The position numbers were made by a program, and so were the translations under genes. From NCBI GenBank assembly GCA_963796275.1, contig CAWCKY010000007.1, positions 736,001 through 800,000 on the forward strand: a stretch of 64,000 nt of DNA. The letters run 5' to 3'. This DNA comes from an uncultured Acidobacteriota bacterium (GTDB taxonomy: Bacteria > Acidobacteriota > Blastocatellia > RBC074). The notes beneath the pieces are model-generated. The model had not been told where the DNA came from and searched no databases. It saw only the letters and a list, made by a program, of their open reading frames with translations. Shown here in pieces: positions 1 to 9,388 of this stretch (its first letter is position 1; the number at the start of each line of letters is the position of its first letter).

Positions 1-685
1 GCGCAAAGAGAGCTTCGTCACCGGCTGTATCCGTGTGATCGAGATCGTAGATTATGACTGGTCACCCTGTGGCGGGACACACGCTAAAGGAACGGGCGAA
101 GTCGGTTTGATTGTGGTGCGCGGATGGGAGCGCGCGAAGAAGATGACCCGCGTACGGTTTCTTTGCGGGGCGAGGGCGCTCAGCGATTACCGTCTGGCGA
201 ATCGGACCGCAGAGGCGATAGCGCAAAAATTGAGCGTTGGGCGGGATGAGGCTACCGTTTCTGTAGAACGTCTGCTTGACGAGCGGAAACAGTTTTCTCG
301 CCGCATACGTGAACTGGGTGAACTGTCGGCGAAAGCCGAAGCTCAGGAATTGACCGAAACGGCGGAATCGATCAACACTCATCGAGTCGTCTCGCGAATA
401 TTTGATGACCGGGATTTCGAGGAGATCAAGCTTATTGCGCACCGCCTCGTGGAGCAGAGCGGCGTCATCGCTCTGCTGGCTATACGTGAAGTAGAAATGG
501 CGCGTCTGGTATTCGCCCGATCGGTCGATGTCTCCGCCGATATGAATTCGCTTATTAAGGTTGCTTGCGAAAAACTCGGAGGCCGCGGCGGTGGCAAACC
601 CGAATTCGCTCAGGGCGGCGGTCCGAAAGTTAGTGATTTGGAGAAGATTATCGGAATGATAAAGGAGGTGATAATTGATAATTGA
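1..685 (+). CDS. Alanyl-tRNA editing protein with C-terminal DHHA1 domain (AlaX-L / AlaRS C-terminal type), 5'-truncated by the window
   Basis: Frame is open from base 2. Contains the editing motif RVIEI...SPCGGTH and the DHHA1 signature GGRGGGKPEFAQGGG. Confidence 0.85.
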   Translation, partial: RKESFVTGCIRVIEIVDYDWSPCGGTHAKGTGEVGLIVVRGWERAKKMTRVRFLCGARALSDYRLANRTAEAIAQKLSVGRDEATVSVERLLDERKQFSRRIRELGELSAKAEAQELTETAESINTHRVVSRIFDDRDFEEIKLIAHRLVEQSGVIALLAIREVEMARLVFARSVDVSADMNSLIKVACEKLGGRGGGKPEFAQGGGPKVSDLEKIIGMIKEVIIDN

Positions 686-738
686 TAGTTAATCCGAATC
701 AACTATCAACTATCAAATCAATTATCAATTATCAATTA
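669..738. repeat. Inverted heptamer tandem-repeat hairpin (TGATAAT / A(C/T)TATCA) between convergent genes
   Basis: tgataattgataattgatagtt...aactatcaactatcaaatcaattatcaattatcaatta; it overlaps both stop codons. Confidence 0.8.
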
Positions 739-1257
739 CTTCTTGATCTGTCTGATTGTGTTTCGGATGAATCCCTGCTTGGGAGGGACGAACGGTTCGC
801 CGCCATCCTCGGCCTTCGTTTTGGCCTTGGACTCAGCATCGATCGCGGTGAAGAATTGTCCGATCATCAATCTAGCGGTGGACTGGATCATCCGCTGGCC
901 GACGCTGGCGAGAGTGCCACCGACGCTTACATCTCCCAGATAGTCGACTGTGGTCTCCTCTCCGATTTCGGTCAGATCGAGCGTGCCTTCGCCCCTGAGG
1001 AAACCGGAAGAGCCTTTTCCGTCCACAATCATCTTGTAATGCTCGGGCTCGCGTAATTCTTCGAGTTTAATAGTTCCATTGAAAAGTCCCTTAATCGAGC
1101 CGACGCCAGCCTTCAATGTAATCTTGTACGATCCATCCTCAGCTGCCTCGAGCGTCTGGCAGCCCGGCACGCAGCGTTGTAGTACCTCCGGGCTGGTCAT
1201 CAACTCCCATACTATTTGTCGTGTCCCCGCGATTTTATATGTCCCTTCTACTTTCAC
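736..1257 (-). CDS. coxG: Carbon monoxide dehydrogenase subunit G (SRPBCC/CoxG family)
   Basis: N-terminus MKVEGTY...VWELMTSPEVLQRCVPGC and GGTLASVGQRMI are typical of CoxG; same strand as coxSLM. Confidence 0.85.
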   Translation of the reverse strand: MKVEGTYKIAGTRQIVWELMTSPEVLQRCVPGCQTLEAAEDGSYKITLKAGVGSIKGLFNGTIKLEELREPEHYKMIVDGKGSSGFLRGEGTLDLTEIGEETTVDYLGDVSVGGTLASVGQRMIQSTARLMIGQFFTAIDAESKAKTKAEDGGEPFVPPKQGFIRNTIRQIKK

Positions 1258-1270
1258 AATAATCCTCAGA

Positions 1271-2482
1271 TCAATCAGGTTGCAGACGCACGTAGCTCAG
1301 TATGCGCGCGAGTTGCGCGTGGCGGGGATATATCACTCGCTTATCCCACAAATTTAATTCGGCGGCCAATGCTCTTAATAGCTCAGCCCCCGCAATAAGT
1401 GTCTTGGGAGTAAATGTCTGCCTCAATGCTTCACGGCTCTTTCTTACCTCATCTCGCAACTTCTCATCGCGGATATTGGAAAGATCCTGGTTGAACAAAG
1501 ACTCAGGATCCGTCACTGCGCGATCATGAAAAGCATTGATATCGTCCAATGTGATCGGTATGTATGTCCGCTGGTCATTGCCGTGCATCAGTACCATCAT
1601 TGCTGAGACGATGCCGCCTGTTAGGTAGAGCTGTTTTCGGGTCAATATTCCGGGTTTTCTTATTACTTCGGTTCTGATTTGAGCTTTGAACATTCCGCTC
1701 ATCGATGCCGCTTGTTTGGCGTATGTTTTGTAGTCGGCGTTTTCCCCGGCTACTTTATTGACCTCCTCGGCGAATGTAACAACTCCTTTCGATATATCCC
1801 AGGTAGAGAAATCATAGCTGGGCCTGCCCGAATCACTTTGTTTCAACTGCTGGTACCCGCCCTTTGTTGTGGTAATACCCAAGTCGATCAGTGATGAAAT
1901 GCCTCGGTTGTCGTACCATTTTGTGTTGAGCTTATAGCGGCGAGGTATAACCCCTGCTATGCCCAATTGAATCTCCGCTTCGGCATTGAGGAAATTTATC
2001 GTCTTTCCGGTTCTCCCGTGAACCTCATTTTTCAGATCGTCCGGGTTTTGTGTAATGAGATCAGAGATGCCAATCACATAAACCTGATCCAATGGAATCT
2101 GGTGTACTCTATGCAAAGTCTCCACAAAGTTTTGAACGAGTTTAGCCACATCCTGAATGTATTCCAAGGTCAACTTCCCGTTATTCGGATAGGGTGTGGC
2201 AATAGTAGCTGTATTAGTGTAAAGGATCTTTATGTTGTATCCTTCTTCAGAATCTGAGATTCGCAATGCGAGCGCACGTACCACCCTTGGAGAAATTTCT
2301 ATACCTCCGTGTAGCGTTCTTGCCTCGTTTTTCTTTTTTTCTGCTGGCGATTGTCCAAAAGTTGTGTAATTGCAAACTACTAATAACAACAGTTGGATTA
2401 ACCCCAACAGTAGTAGCTTATCTACAAATGGGTAGATGCGTCTGACATTTGCGGCATGAATGGCAACAGCTTCATGTTCCAT
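1271..2482 (-). CDS. Exported or membrane-anchored Ppx/GppA-like ASKHA-fold protein with degenerate phosphate loops
   Basis: Hydrophobic N-terminal segment. GGIEISPRVVR, FLNAEAEIQLGIAG, LIDLGITTTKGGY and LYLTGGIV line up with ASKHA phosphate-1, connect, phosphate-2 and adenosine motifs. Confidence 0.6.
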   Translation of the reverse strand: MEHEAVAIHAANVRRIYPFVDKLLLLGLIQLLLLVVCNYTTFGQSPAEKKKNEARTLHGGIEISPRVVRALALRISDSEEGYNIKILYTNTATIATPYPNNGKLTLEYIQDVAKLVQNFVETLHRVHQIPLDQVYVIGISDLITQNPDDLKNEVHGRTGKTINFLNAEAEIQLGIAGVIPRRYKLNTKWYDNRGISSLIDLGITTTKGGYQQLKQSDSGRPSYDFSTWDISKGVVTFAEEVNKVAGENADYKTYAKQAASMSGMFKAQIRTEVIRKPGILTRKQLYLTGGIVSAMMVLMHGNDQRTYIPITLDDINAFHDRAVTDPESLFNQDLSNIRDEKLRDEVRKSREALRQTFTPKTLIAGAELLRALAAELNLWDKRVIYPRHAQLARILSYVRLQPD

Positions 2483-2488
2483 CGAATT

Positions 2489-3043
2489 TTATCCGCTTCC
2501 TTCGCGTAATTTTGACATCAACTTAAAGAGCACAAATATAAGAGCACACGAAACGAGTAAAGTTAAAAAAGCCAGGTTCTGGAGCGACATTAGTGTATTG
2601 GGTTGTTGTTGTGGAGGATCTTCTTGAGACAGATTAGCGACAGCTACTGCTGGGGTAGCAGTGGGAGAAGGTGATGGAGATGGCTCGACTGTTGCGCTTA
2701 AAACTATGGGAGGCTGTGTCGGTTGCGGCGTTTCTATGGCAGTCGGTTTAGCAGTGGCTTTGGATACACGTGTGGGACGGGCCGCCGGTCGTCTATTCCG
2801 CCTTTGCCCCTCCCGATTATCCGTCTGAGCCGGGAAGACATCTTCCGGCCCATAAGTAGTCAGTGATTTCTGTTTATCAGGAGGCAAGCTTTGTTGATTC
2901 CTGCCCTGAGGCCGATTAGCAGGCTGCTGAACCAGATTGAATCGCGGCGATGCAAAAAGACTGGTGACAGAGATTGACGTTTGGATTAATAACGCAGCGG
3001 ACAGTAAAATGTTGATTTTGGAGGTTCGGCGCATATTTTTCAC
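2489..3043 (-). CDS. Hypothetical Pro/Gln/Thr-rich exported protein with C-terminal transmembrane anchor
   Basis: N-terminal signal-like segment, low-complexity middle, C-terminal LAFLTLLVSCALIFVLF; only a few nt from both neighbours. Confidence 0.65.
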   Translation of the reverse strand: MKNMRRTSKINILLSAALLIQTSISVTSLFASPRFNLVQQPANRPQGRNQQSLPPDKQKSLTTYGPEDVFPAQTDNREGQRRNRRPAARPTRVSKATAKPTAIETPQPTQPPIVLSATVEPSPSPSPTATPAVAVANLSQEDPPQQQPNTLMSLQNLAFLTLLVSCALIFVLFKLMSKLREGSG

Positions 3044-3044
3044 T

Positions 3045-3911
3045 TCAATAGTAATGACGGATGATCATAATGATCAGTGCAACCAATGTCATAAATAAAA
3101 ATGTGGCGAATGCTGCATAGAGTGCGATTGTCAGTTTATCCTGACTTGCCAGCCTGCCCGCCTGCGGTTGGGCCTTCGGAGGACCGGCTCTGGGCTTCTC
3201 GTCGCCGCCTTTCCCTTTCCGATTGGTGGTCACATGATTGAGTTTTTCCACTTGCGGGACAATCAACTCAAGCGCGACCAATTCGATTTCCTGAGCTTTC
3301 CGTTCAGCCTGAACTCTTAACTTGATCTCTTTCTGAGCAGTCTCTTCAGCCAGACGTCTGCGTTCGTCTGCATCGCGCGCCTTGGCTTGAGCATCCGCCA
3401 AGGCGGCATCCAATTTTGCCGTGATCTTTTTTACACCGTAGACGACCGCATCGTCGATATGTATGCCACAGAATAAACAATCGAATCGGGCAGTCGCCAG
3501 GTTGATATTGATCGCCTGGCATAAATGAATCTTCGGCGTCGAACTCGGAAATTGATGGCATCCCGGACAAGCCGGTTGTGGCATGCCCCACGATAGGACG
3601 GTATGTTGCTTCCTCAGGGTCTGATCGTCAAAATCCAGCATCGTCACCGAGCAGTGATCACAACTGTAAAGCCTCGGGTTCAAAGAACTGAAACAGGAGG
3701 GACATTCCTTGAGCGAAACATTTCTACCGTTTTCCCACGCAATGAATGTTTGGCAGTTACAACAAAATACCCATATCCCGTTGCTGGGAAAGTCGTTGCT
3801 CAGTTCGTGCTCTTGCGGTCCCTCTTTGCAAACAACTATCCGGCTCGTGCGCGACATAGGGAAGTTGGCACGATGAGTGAGACAATGTATTTTGACTATA
3901 TCTGCAAGCAT
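3045..3911 (-). CDS. Hypothetical multi-zinc-finger protein with coiled coil and C-terminal TM helix
   Basis: CxxH, CCNC, CPSC, CDHC, CPGC, HxC and CLFC motifs, then an A/E/K/R-rich helix and a hydrophobic tail. Confidence 0.7.
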   Translation of the reverse strand: MLADIVKIHCLTHRANFPMSRTSRIVVCKEGPQEHELSNDFPSNGIWVFCCNCQTFIAWENGRNVSLKECPSCFSSLNPRLYSCDHCSVTMLDFDDQTLRKQHTVLSWGMPQPACPGCHQFPSSTPKIHLCQAININLATARFDCLFCGIHIDDAVVYGVKKITAKLDAALADAQAKARDADERRRLAEETAQKEIKLRVQAERKAQEIELVALELIVPQVEKLNHVTTNRKGKGGDEKPRAGPPKAQPQAGRLASQDKLTIALYAAFATFLFMTLVALIIMIIRHYY

Positions 3912-3924
3912 TAGGGGCAGACAT

Positions 3925-4173
3925 TAATTGATAATTAAAAGGTGAAAATTTGATAATTGATAATTCGTTTCGTCCCGTTGACACGCAGTCACCCACTATC
4001 AACTATCAGCTATCAGCTATCAGCTATCAGCTATCAGCTATCAGCTATCAGCTATCAGCTATCAACTATGAACTATCAACTATCGATTCTCGATTCTCAA
4101 TTATCAATTATCTATCAGCTATCAACTATTATTGACTATCAATTATCAACTATCAATTATCAACTATCAATTA
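3925..4173. repeat. Large heptamer tandem array (CTATCAG/CTATCAA/TTATCAA) with a short inverted arm
   Basis: Eight perfect CTATCAG copies at 4003-4058, with degenerate copies continuing to the coxM stop codon. An inverted TTGATAA arm lies at 3925-3965. Confidence 0.95.
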
Positions 4174-5034
4174 CATCCGTGTCGCCGCTGTTTGAACGGC
4201 CCGTTTGGCGTAAACGCGCGCCAGGTGTCTGCGATAATCGCCGGAAGCGTGTATATCTTCCATGGCATCGAAGGCATCAGCATCTGCTTTGGCCGTGGCG
4301 GCGCTGATTGTAGCTTCATCGAGCGTCTTTCCGCGCAATGCATCTTCGACCGCTTTCGCGCGGAAGGCCTTGGGTGCGAGTCCCGTTACACCTATGCTCA
4401 CATCCTCACATTTACCGTCTTTGAGTTTTAGTTGGGCGGCGATGCCGACGATCGCAAATCCGGAGGCGGATTGCGGAACCTTGAGGTATACGGCTGCCCT
4501 CGGTTGCTCTGGTTTGGGAATGCGAACCTCGGTCACTATCTCATCGGGGCCCACCGCGCTCGTCATAATATCGACGAAGAAATCGGACGCTTTGATAATC
4601 CGTTCACCCTTGCTGCTGCGCGCGACCATCTCTCCATTCAGGGCCAGGATAGCAGCAGGCCAATCTGCTGCCGGGTCCGCGTGCGTCAGGCTCCCGCCGA
4701 TGGTTCCGCGGTTGCGGACCTGTTGATCACCGATCTGAGCCGCCGTCTCGACTAGTAAAGGGCAGTTCTGCATCAACACCGCTGACCGGGCGATCTCCGC
4801 GTGCGTCGTGTTGGCTCCGATGCGGATTGTGTCCTTGTCGATCTTGATCTGCTTGAGCGCCTTGATCCGTCCGATATCCACGATTACGGCGGGAGATGCC
4901 AGACGGAGCTTCAGGACGGGAATGAGACTGTGACCGCCCGAGAGGATCTTGCAATCGTCCCCGTGTTTGTCGAGCAGCTTCAGGGCTTCATCTACGGATT
5001 TTGGTGCGAAGTATGCGAAATTATTTGGGATCAT
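4171..5034 (-). CDS. coxM: CO dehydrogenase / xanthine dehydrogenase family FAD-binding medium subunit
   Basis: SGGHSLIPVLKLRLASP, QVRNRGTIGGSLTHADPAAD and DIHASGDYRRHL motifs. Confidence 0.92.
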   Translation of the reverse strand: MIPNNFAYFAPKSVDEALKLLDKHGDDCKILSGGHSLIPVLKLRLASPAVIVDIGRIKALKQIKIDKDTIRIGANTTHAEIARSAVLMQNCPLLVETAAQIGDQQVRNRGTIGGSLTHADPAADWPAAILALNGEMVARSSKGERIIKASDFFVDIMTSAVGPDEIVTEVRIPKPEQPRAAVYLKVPQSASGFAIVGIAAQLKLKDGKCEDVSIGVTGLAPKAFRAKAVEDALRGKTLDEATISAATAKADADAFDAMEDIHASGDYRRHLARVYAKRAVQTAATRM

Positions 5035-5110
5035 TATGTTCCTCAGAAATATACATGATTTATCAGATTCGCCATAACCTTGAAAAACCCGGTAAATCCC
5101 ATCTGATATC

Positions 5111-7429
5111 TCAACGATTCATCATCCTCCAGACCTTCTCAGGCCGCAGCGGCAAATCGATATGCTGGACACCGAGGGGCGCGAGCGCATCGATAACTGC
5201 GTTCGCGATGCAGGGCGTCGAACCTATCGTGCCAGCTTCTCCCACGCCTTTTGCACCGAGCGGGTTGACGTCCGTCGGCGTCTCCGTATGGTCGCACTCG
5301 TAATGCGGCAGTTGATGAGCCTTCGGTACAGCGTAATCCATCAGCTCGCCCGTCAACAACTGGCCGTTTTCGTCATAAATGACCTCCTCGTAGAGCGCCT
5401 GCGCCAGGCCTTGCGCGATGCCGCCGTGCACCTGTCCGGCGACGAGCAGAGGATTGATCTGTTTGCCGCAATCGTCTACCGCCACATAACGAAGAATCTT
5501 GAGTTCACCCGTCTCCTTGTCCACTTCGACGACGGAAATGTGCGTCCCGAATGGAAAAGTGAAGTTTTTCGGTTCGAAGAAATGGGTGGCGACCAGACCT
5601 GGCTCGAAATCGGGCGGGATATTCTGAGCAGTGTGCGCCGCCAGGGCAACTTCCTGAATCGACACCGATTTGTCGGTCGGGCTGCCAACGAACCTGCCGT
5701 TTTCAAAGGTAATCCCCTCCTCATCTGCTCCGATCATATGAGCCGCCAGTTTTCTGGCCTTCGCGACGACCTTATCGGTCGCCATCGCGATGGCTGTGCC
5801 GCCGATCGCCATTCCCCGACTGCCGAATGTGCCGATACCGTATTGCACGATCGCCGTATCGCCATGAATGACCAGAACATCGTTTAGATCGACGCCCAGC
5901 ATATCAGCGACGATCTGCGCGAACGACGTCTCCTCGCCCTGGCCGTGCGGAGAGATGCCGGTCATTACCGTAACCTTGCCGGTCGGTTCGACTCTCACGG
6001 TTGCGCTCTCCCACCCGCCGGCCGGCGTCGCGGCTGATGGGCCGATCGCGCAAATTTCGACATATGTCGACACGCCAACGCCGAAGAGGCGGCCCTGCGC
6101 GCGCGCGCGCTCCTGTTCTTCGCGCAACTTCCTGTAATCGACTATATCGAGCGCCTTATTGAGAGCTTTTTCATAATCGCCGGTGTCGTAGGTGAGGCCG
6201 GTAGCCGTGGCGAACGGAAATTCGCTCGGCTTCGGAAAATTCTTTCGGCGCAGTTCTACCGGATCTATTTTCAATTCCTGCGCCACGCGATCCATTATCC
6301 TTTCTATCAGATAGGTCGCCTCCGGGCGACCGGCACCGCGATATGCGTCGGTCGACATTTTGTTGGTAAAAACGCCGGTACAGTTCATGGCGATCGCCGG
6401 AATCTTGTACGGGCCCGAGAGCATCAACCCCGTGAGCGTGGGGATCGCAGGTGTAAGCAACTGATGATAAGCGCCGATATCCGAAGTCACATTGTATCGC
6501 AGGCCGAGAAGAGTCCCGTCATTCTTCACCGCGACCTCGACGGTGCCGGCCTGAGAACGGCCGTGAATCGTGGACGCCATGTTCTCGCGCCGCGATTCGA
6601 TCCATTTCACCGGCTTCTTGAGCTGCATCGAGATCCAGCTCACCAGCGCCTCTTCGATGTAAACATTGAGTTTGCTGCCGAAACCGCCGCCGACTTCTGG
6701 GGTAATCACTCGCAGTTTATTCTCGGGGATGCCGAGCATGATGGCCACCTGTGTTCGCATGAGGTGGGGAATCTGTGTGGATGACCACATATTCAGTTGC
6801 TGTTCGCCCGGGAAATACTGCGCCAGCACGCCGCGCGTCTCGAGCGCGATGGGAGCCAGGCGCGGATGAGCAAGCCGCTGCGTGACGATCTTATCAGCTT
6901 GCTTGAAGGCAGCCTCGACGTCTCCCGTCCCGGCGCTGTGAACGAAAGCTATATTGGTTCCGAACTCCTCGTGAATGACGGGGCAGTCCGGCTTCGCCGA
7001 TTTTTCCGGGTCCGTCACGACATCGAGTGGATCGTAATCGATTTCGATCATATCGATCGCATCACGAGCCTGGTACTTGTTGTTTGCTACTACGGCAGCC
7101 ACCGCATGGCCGACAAAGATGACCTTGTTCTGCGCGAGCACCGAAAATTTCGGGACTTTCAACTCCGGCAGGGCAGCGGCGCACGGCAGATACCCCACCT
7201 TGCCGTCAATGTCCTCGCCAGTGTAGACGGCCACGACGCCCGGCGCATTTTTCGCTGCCGTGACATCAATTGAATTGATCTTGGCGTGAGCGTACGGGCT
7301 GCGCAATAGCGCGACGTGAAGCGTGCCGGCGAGTTCGATGTCATCGACGTAATGTGCGAGCCCCTGGATCAGGCGCGGGTCTTCCGTGCGTTTTACTTTC
7401 TGACCGATATATTTAGCCAGAAATGACAT
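5111..7429 (-). CDS. coxL: Molybdopterin large subunit, form II (putative) CO dehydrogenase / xanthine dehydrogenase family
   Basis: EDPRLI, VGGGFGSK, active-site AYRGAGRPEA (form II), HGQG and GAKGVGEAG motifs. Confidence 0.92.
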   Translation of the reverse strand: MSFLAKYIGQKVKRTEDPRLIQGLAHYVDDIELAGTLHVALLRSPYAHAKINSIDVTAAKNAPGVVAVYTGEDIDGKVGYLPCAAALPELKVPKFSVLAQNKVIFVGHAVAAVVANNKYQARDAIDMIEIDYDPLDVVTDPEKSAKPDCPVIHEEFGTNIAFVHSAGTGDVEAAFKQADKIVTQRLAHPRLAPIALETRGVLAQYFPGEQQLNMWSSTQIPHLMRTQVAIMLGIPENKLRVITPEVGGGFGSKLNVYIEEALVSWISMQLKKPVKWIESRRENMASTIHGRSQAGTVEVAVKNDGTLLGLRYNVTSDIGAYHQLLTPAIPTLTGLMLSGPYKIPAIAMNCTGVFTNKMSTDAYRGAGRPEATYLIERIMDRVAQELKIDPVELRRKNFPKPSEFPFATATGLTYDTGDYEKALNKALDIVDYRKLREEQERARAQGRLFGVGVSTYVEICAIGPSAATPAGGWESATVRVEPTGKVTVMTGISPHGQGEETSFAQIVADMLGVDLNDVLVIHGDTAIVQYGIGTFGSRGMAIGGTAIAMATDKVVAKARKLAAHMIGADEEGITFENGRFVGSPTDKSVSIQEVALAAHTAQNIPPDFEPGLVATHFFEPKNFTFPFGTHISVVEVDKETGELKILRYVAVDDCGKQINPLLVAGQVHGGIAQGLAQALYEEVIYDENGQLLTGELMDYAVPKAHQLPHYECDHTETPTDVNPLGAKGVGEAGTIGSTPCIANAVIDALAPLGVQHIDLPLRPEKVWRMMNR

Positions 7430-7447
7430 ATCTCATCCTCCTTTTCC

Positions 7448-7930
7448 CTAGTCAGCCTTGGCGGCTTGCGTTTTTAGTTTGGTCGCTGCGTATTGCACAG
7501 CTTCAACGATGTTTTGGTAACCTGTGCACCGGCAGATGTTGCCTTCCAAGCCGTGCCGTATCTCATCTTCGGTCGGGTCCGCATTTTCCTGAAGGAGACC
7601 ACAAGACGCCATAATCATTCCCGTCGTACAGAATCCGCATTGCAGACCGTGGCATTCCCAGAATCCTTCCTGCACAGGATGGAGCGTGCCATCCTTCGCC
7701 AGACCTTCTATTGTCGTGATCGCCGCTCCATTTGCCTGAACTGCGAGAAGCGTGCATGACTTAACGGTGTTGCCGTCGAGCAGCACCGTGCAGGCGCCGC
7801 AGATCGATGTTTCGCAGCCGATGTGTGTGCCAGTCAATCCGACAAGGTCGCGTATGAAATGTACCAGCAGCAGTCGCGGCTCGACATCGGCGTCATGTTT
7901 CCTGCCGTTGATGGAAATAGATATCTTCAT
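7448..7930 (-). CDS. coxS: 2Fe-2S small subunit of the CODH/XDH family (start reassigned to ATG 7930)
   Basis: [20 protein letters not shown] and NICRCTGY motifs; GGGAGA SD upstream of ATG 7930. Confidence 0.92.
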   Translation of the reverse strand: MKISISINGRKHDADVEPRLLLVHFIRDLVGLTGTHIGCETSICGACTVLLDGNTVKSCTLLAVQANGAAITTIEGLAKDGTLHPVQEGFWECHGLQCGFCTTGMIMASCGLLQENADPTEDEIRHGLEGNICRCTGYQNIVEAVQYAATKLKTQAAKAD

Positions 7931-8230
7931 GCGTCTCCCGTTTGAATGTGAGCGAAAGTGTGTGTGGTAATCGATTAAGACGCGCCACTCACCAATCGCC
8001 GCGAAAAATGCTCCGGTCAATGAAAAGAAGGTTTGTTTCTTTGAAACGATGATAGTCAATGATGATTGACATTTCGAAGCGCAGGAATGTTACACTCAGC
8101 AGGATTCAAATTTCAACGGGCTTTTTACCGCATATCAAAAATAGACAGGATTTACAAGATTTCATGTCGAGATGTATTAGCGGAGAACCCGTCAGTGGCA
8201 GAATCCGGTCGCCCTTGAGTGGTCTCACAA

Positions 8231-8264
8231 TAAAAAAGGCAAGGCTGAAAACAACCTTGCCTTT
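8231..8264 (-). terminator. Rho-independent terminator after the M48 gene
   Basis: Minus strand reads aaaggcaaggttg-tttt-cagccttgcc followed by T6. Confidence 0.8.
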
Positions 8265-8287
8265 CACGCGTCCAAATAAAGGAGAAC

Positions 8288-9388
8288 TTATTGATTGGGC
8301 GGTTTCGTCGATGATGACTCGCCATCTTTGCGGCGCAACGTCGGTTTCTCCGAGGGCGCTTTCTGCTCTTGATCTGTGCTCGTATCCGTACCCTCAGGCG
8401 ATCCTGGTTGACGGCGCTTGAGAGTGGGCCGTTTGGAATCAGCATCCGAAGCCCCAGCTCCGCCTCGCCCGGTCGAACGGGCATTGGTGAGTGAAATCAA
8501 ACGTCTTTTAACCTGCAGAAATTCAGAGGTGTCCGTGACATATCCGCTGTCGCTGCGATCCGGAAAACGGGCGATCAACGAATTGACCCTGTCTATACGG
8601 TCGGGGACCATCGGGTGCGTAGAGAAGATGCGGACTATCGTGCCCGGTTTCTTCTTATCCTGCGCCTGCAGCTTCTCAAAGAAAGTTGACATTGCGCGAG
8701 GGTCGTACCCGGTAGCGTAGAGATATTGTGCACCCAGCATGTCAGCCTCATATTCGGCTCCGCGGGAGAACTTCAAGAAGCCCAGCGGGATGGCCAAACC
8801 GGCCACCTGCTGCACGGCAAAACCGCCCCAGCCGCCGAGAAATATCAGCGGTAGCGACGAGAAGTTCACGATCTGTCCCTTCGATGCTTGTTCGACGCCG
8901 TGGCGCGCCGCGACATGCGCGATCTCATGCGCCATCGGGCCGGCGAGTTCGGCCTCGTTATCGGCTGCCAGAATCAACCCTCTATTGACGTAAAAGAAGC
9001 CACCCGGAAGTGCGAACGCGTTGATCTCTTCACTGTCGATCACCTTGATCGTGAATGGGACCTTGGCGTCCGAATGGAGAACCAGGTTTTGACCTACCTT
9101 GTTGATGTAATCAACTACCAGAGGGTCTTCGATTAATTTCGCGGTCCGATCAACTTCCAGGGCGTATTGCCGGCCAAGCGCCACTTCCTTATCAATCGAA
9201 TAGAAATTGATCTGGTGCTTGTTGATATTGCGCTTGCCGATCATATCCGGATTTTCATTCTCGGAAAGCGATTTTGAGGAGTCTTTTTGGGAGTTTTTTG
9301 TGGATTTGTCCTGAGCGAAAGCTGGCGTGGCGATCAAAATTAGACTGAACGCGAGCCAGAGATGACGATGGGCGGATGATGTTCTCAT
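8288..9388 (-). CDS. Exported M48 family zinc metalloprotease (BepA/YfgC-like)
   Basis: Signal peptide; INAFALPGG, HEIAH, SRGAEYEAD and STHP motifs. Confidence 0.92.
   Translation of the reverse strand: MRTSSAHRHLWLAFSLILIATPAFAQDKSTKNSQKDSSKSLSENENPDMIGKRNINKHQINFYSIDKEVALGRQYALEVDRTAKLIEDPLVVDYINKVGQNLVLHSDAKVPFTIKVIDSEEINAFALPGGFFYVNRGLILAADNEAELAGPMAHEIAHVAARHGVEQASKGQIVNFSSLPLIFLGGWGGFAVQQVAGLAIPLGFLKFSRGAEYEADMLGAQYLYATGYDPRAMSTFFEKLQAQDKKKPGTIVRIFSTHPMVPDRIDRVNSLIARFPDRSDSGYVTDTSEFLQVKRRLISLTNARSTGRGGAGASDADSKRPTLKRRQPGSPEGTDTSTDQEQKAPSEKPTLRRKDGESSSTKPPNQ

Noticed and set aside
3995-4170. CRISPR array
   Set aside because: Contiguous 7-mers without spacers, and no cas genes.
3950-4431. 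ORFs such as ...YQLSAISYQLSAIS...
   Set aside because: They are translations of the heptamer array or lie antisense to coxM.
5111-7429. Bona fide form I CO dehydrogenase
   Set aside because: The active site is AYRGAGR rather than AYxCSFR and the order is S-L-M, both form II traits, so CO oxidation cannot be claimed.
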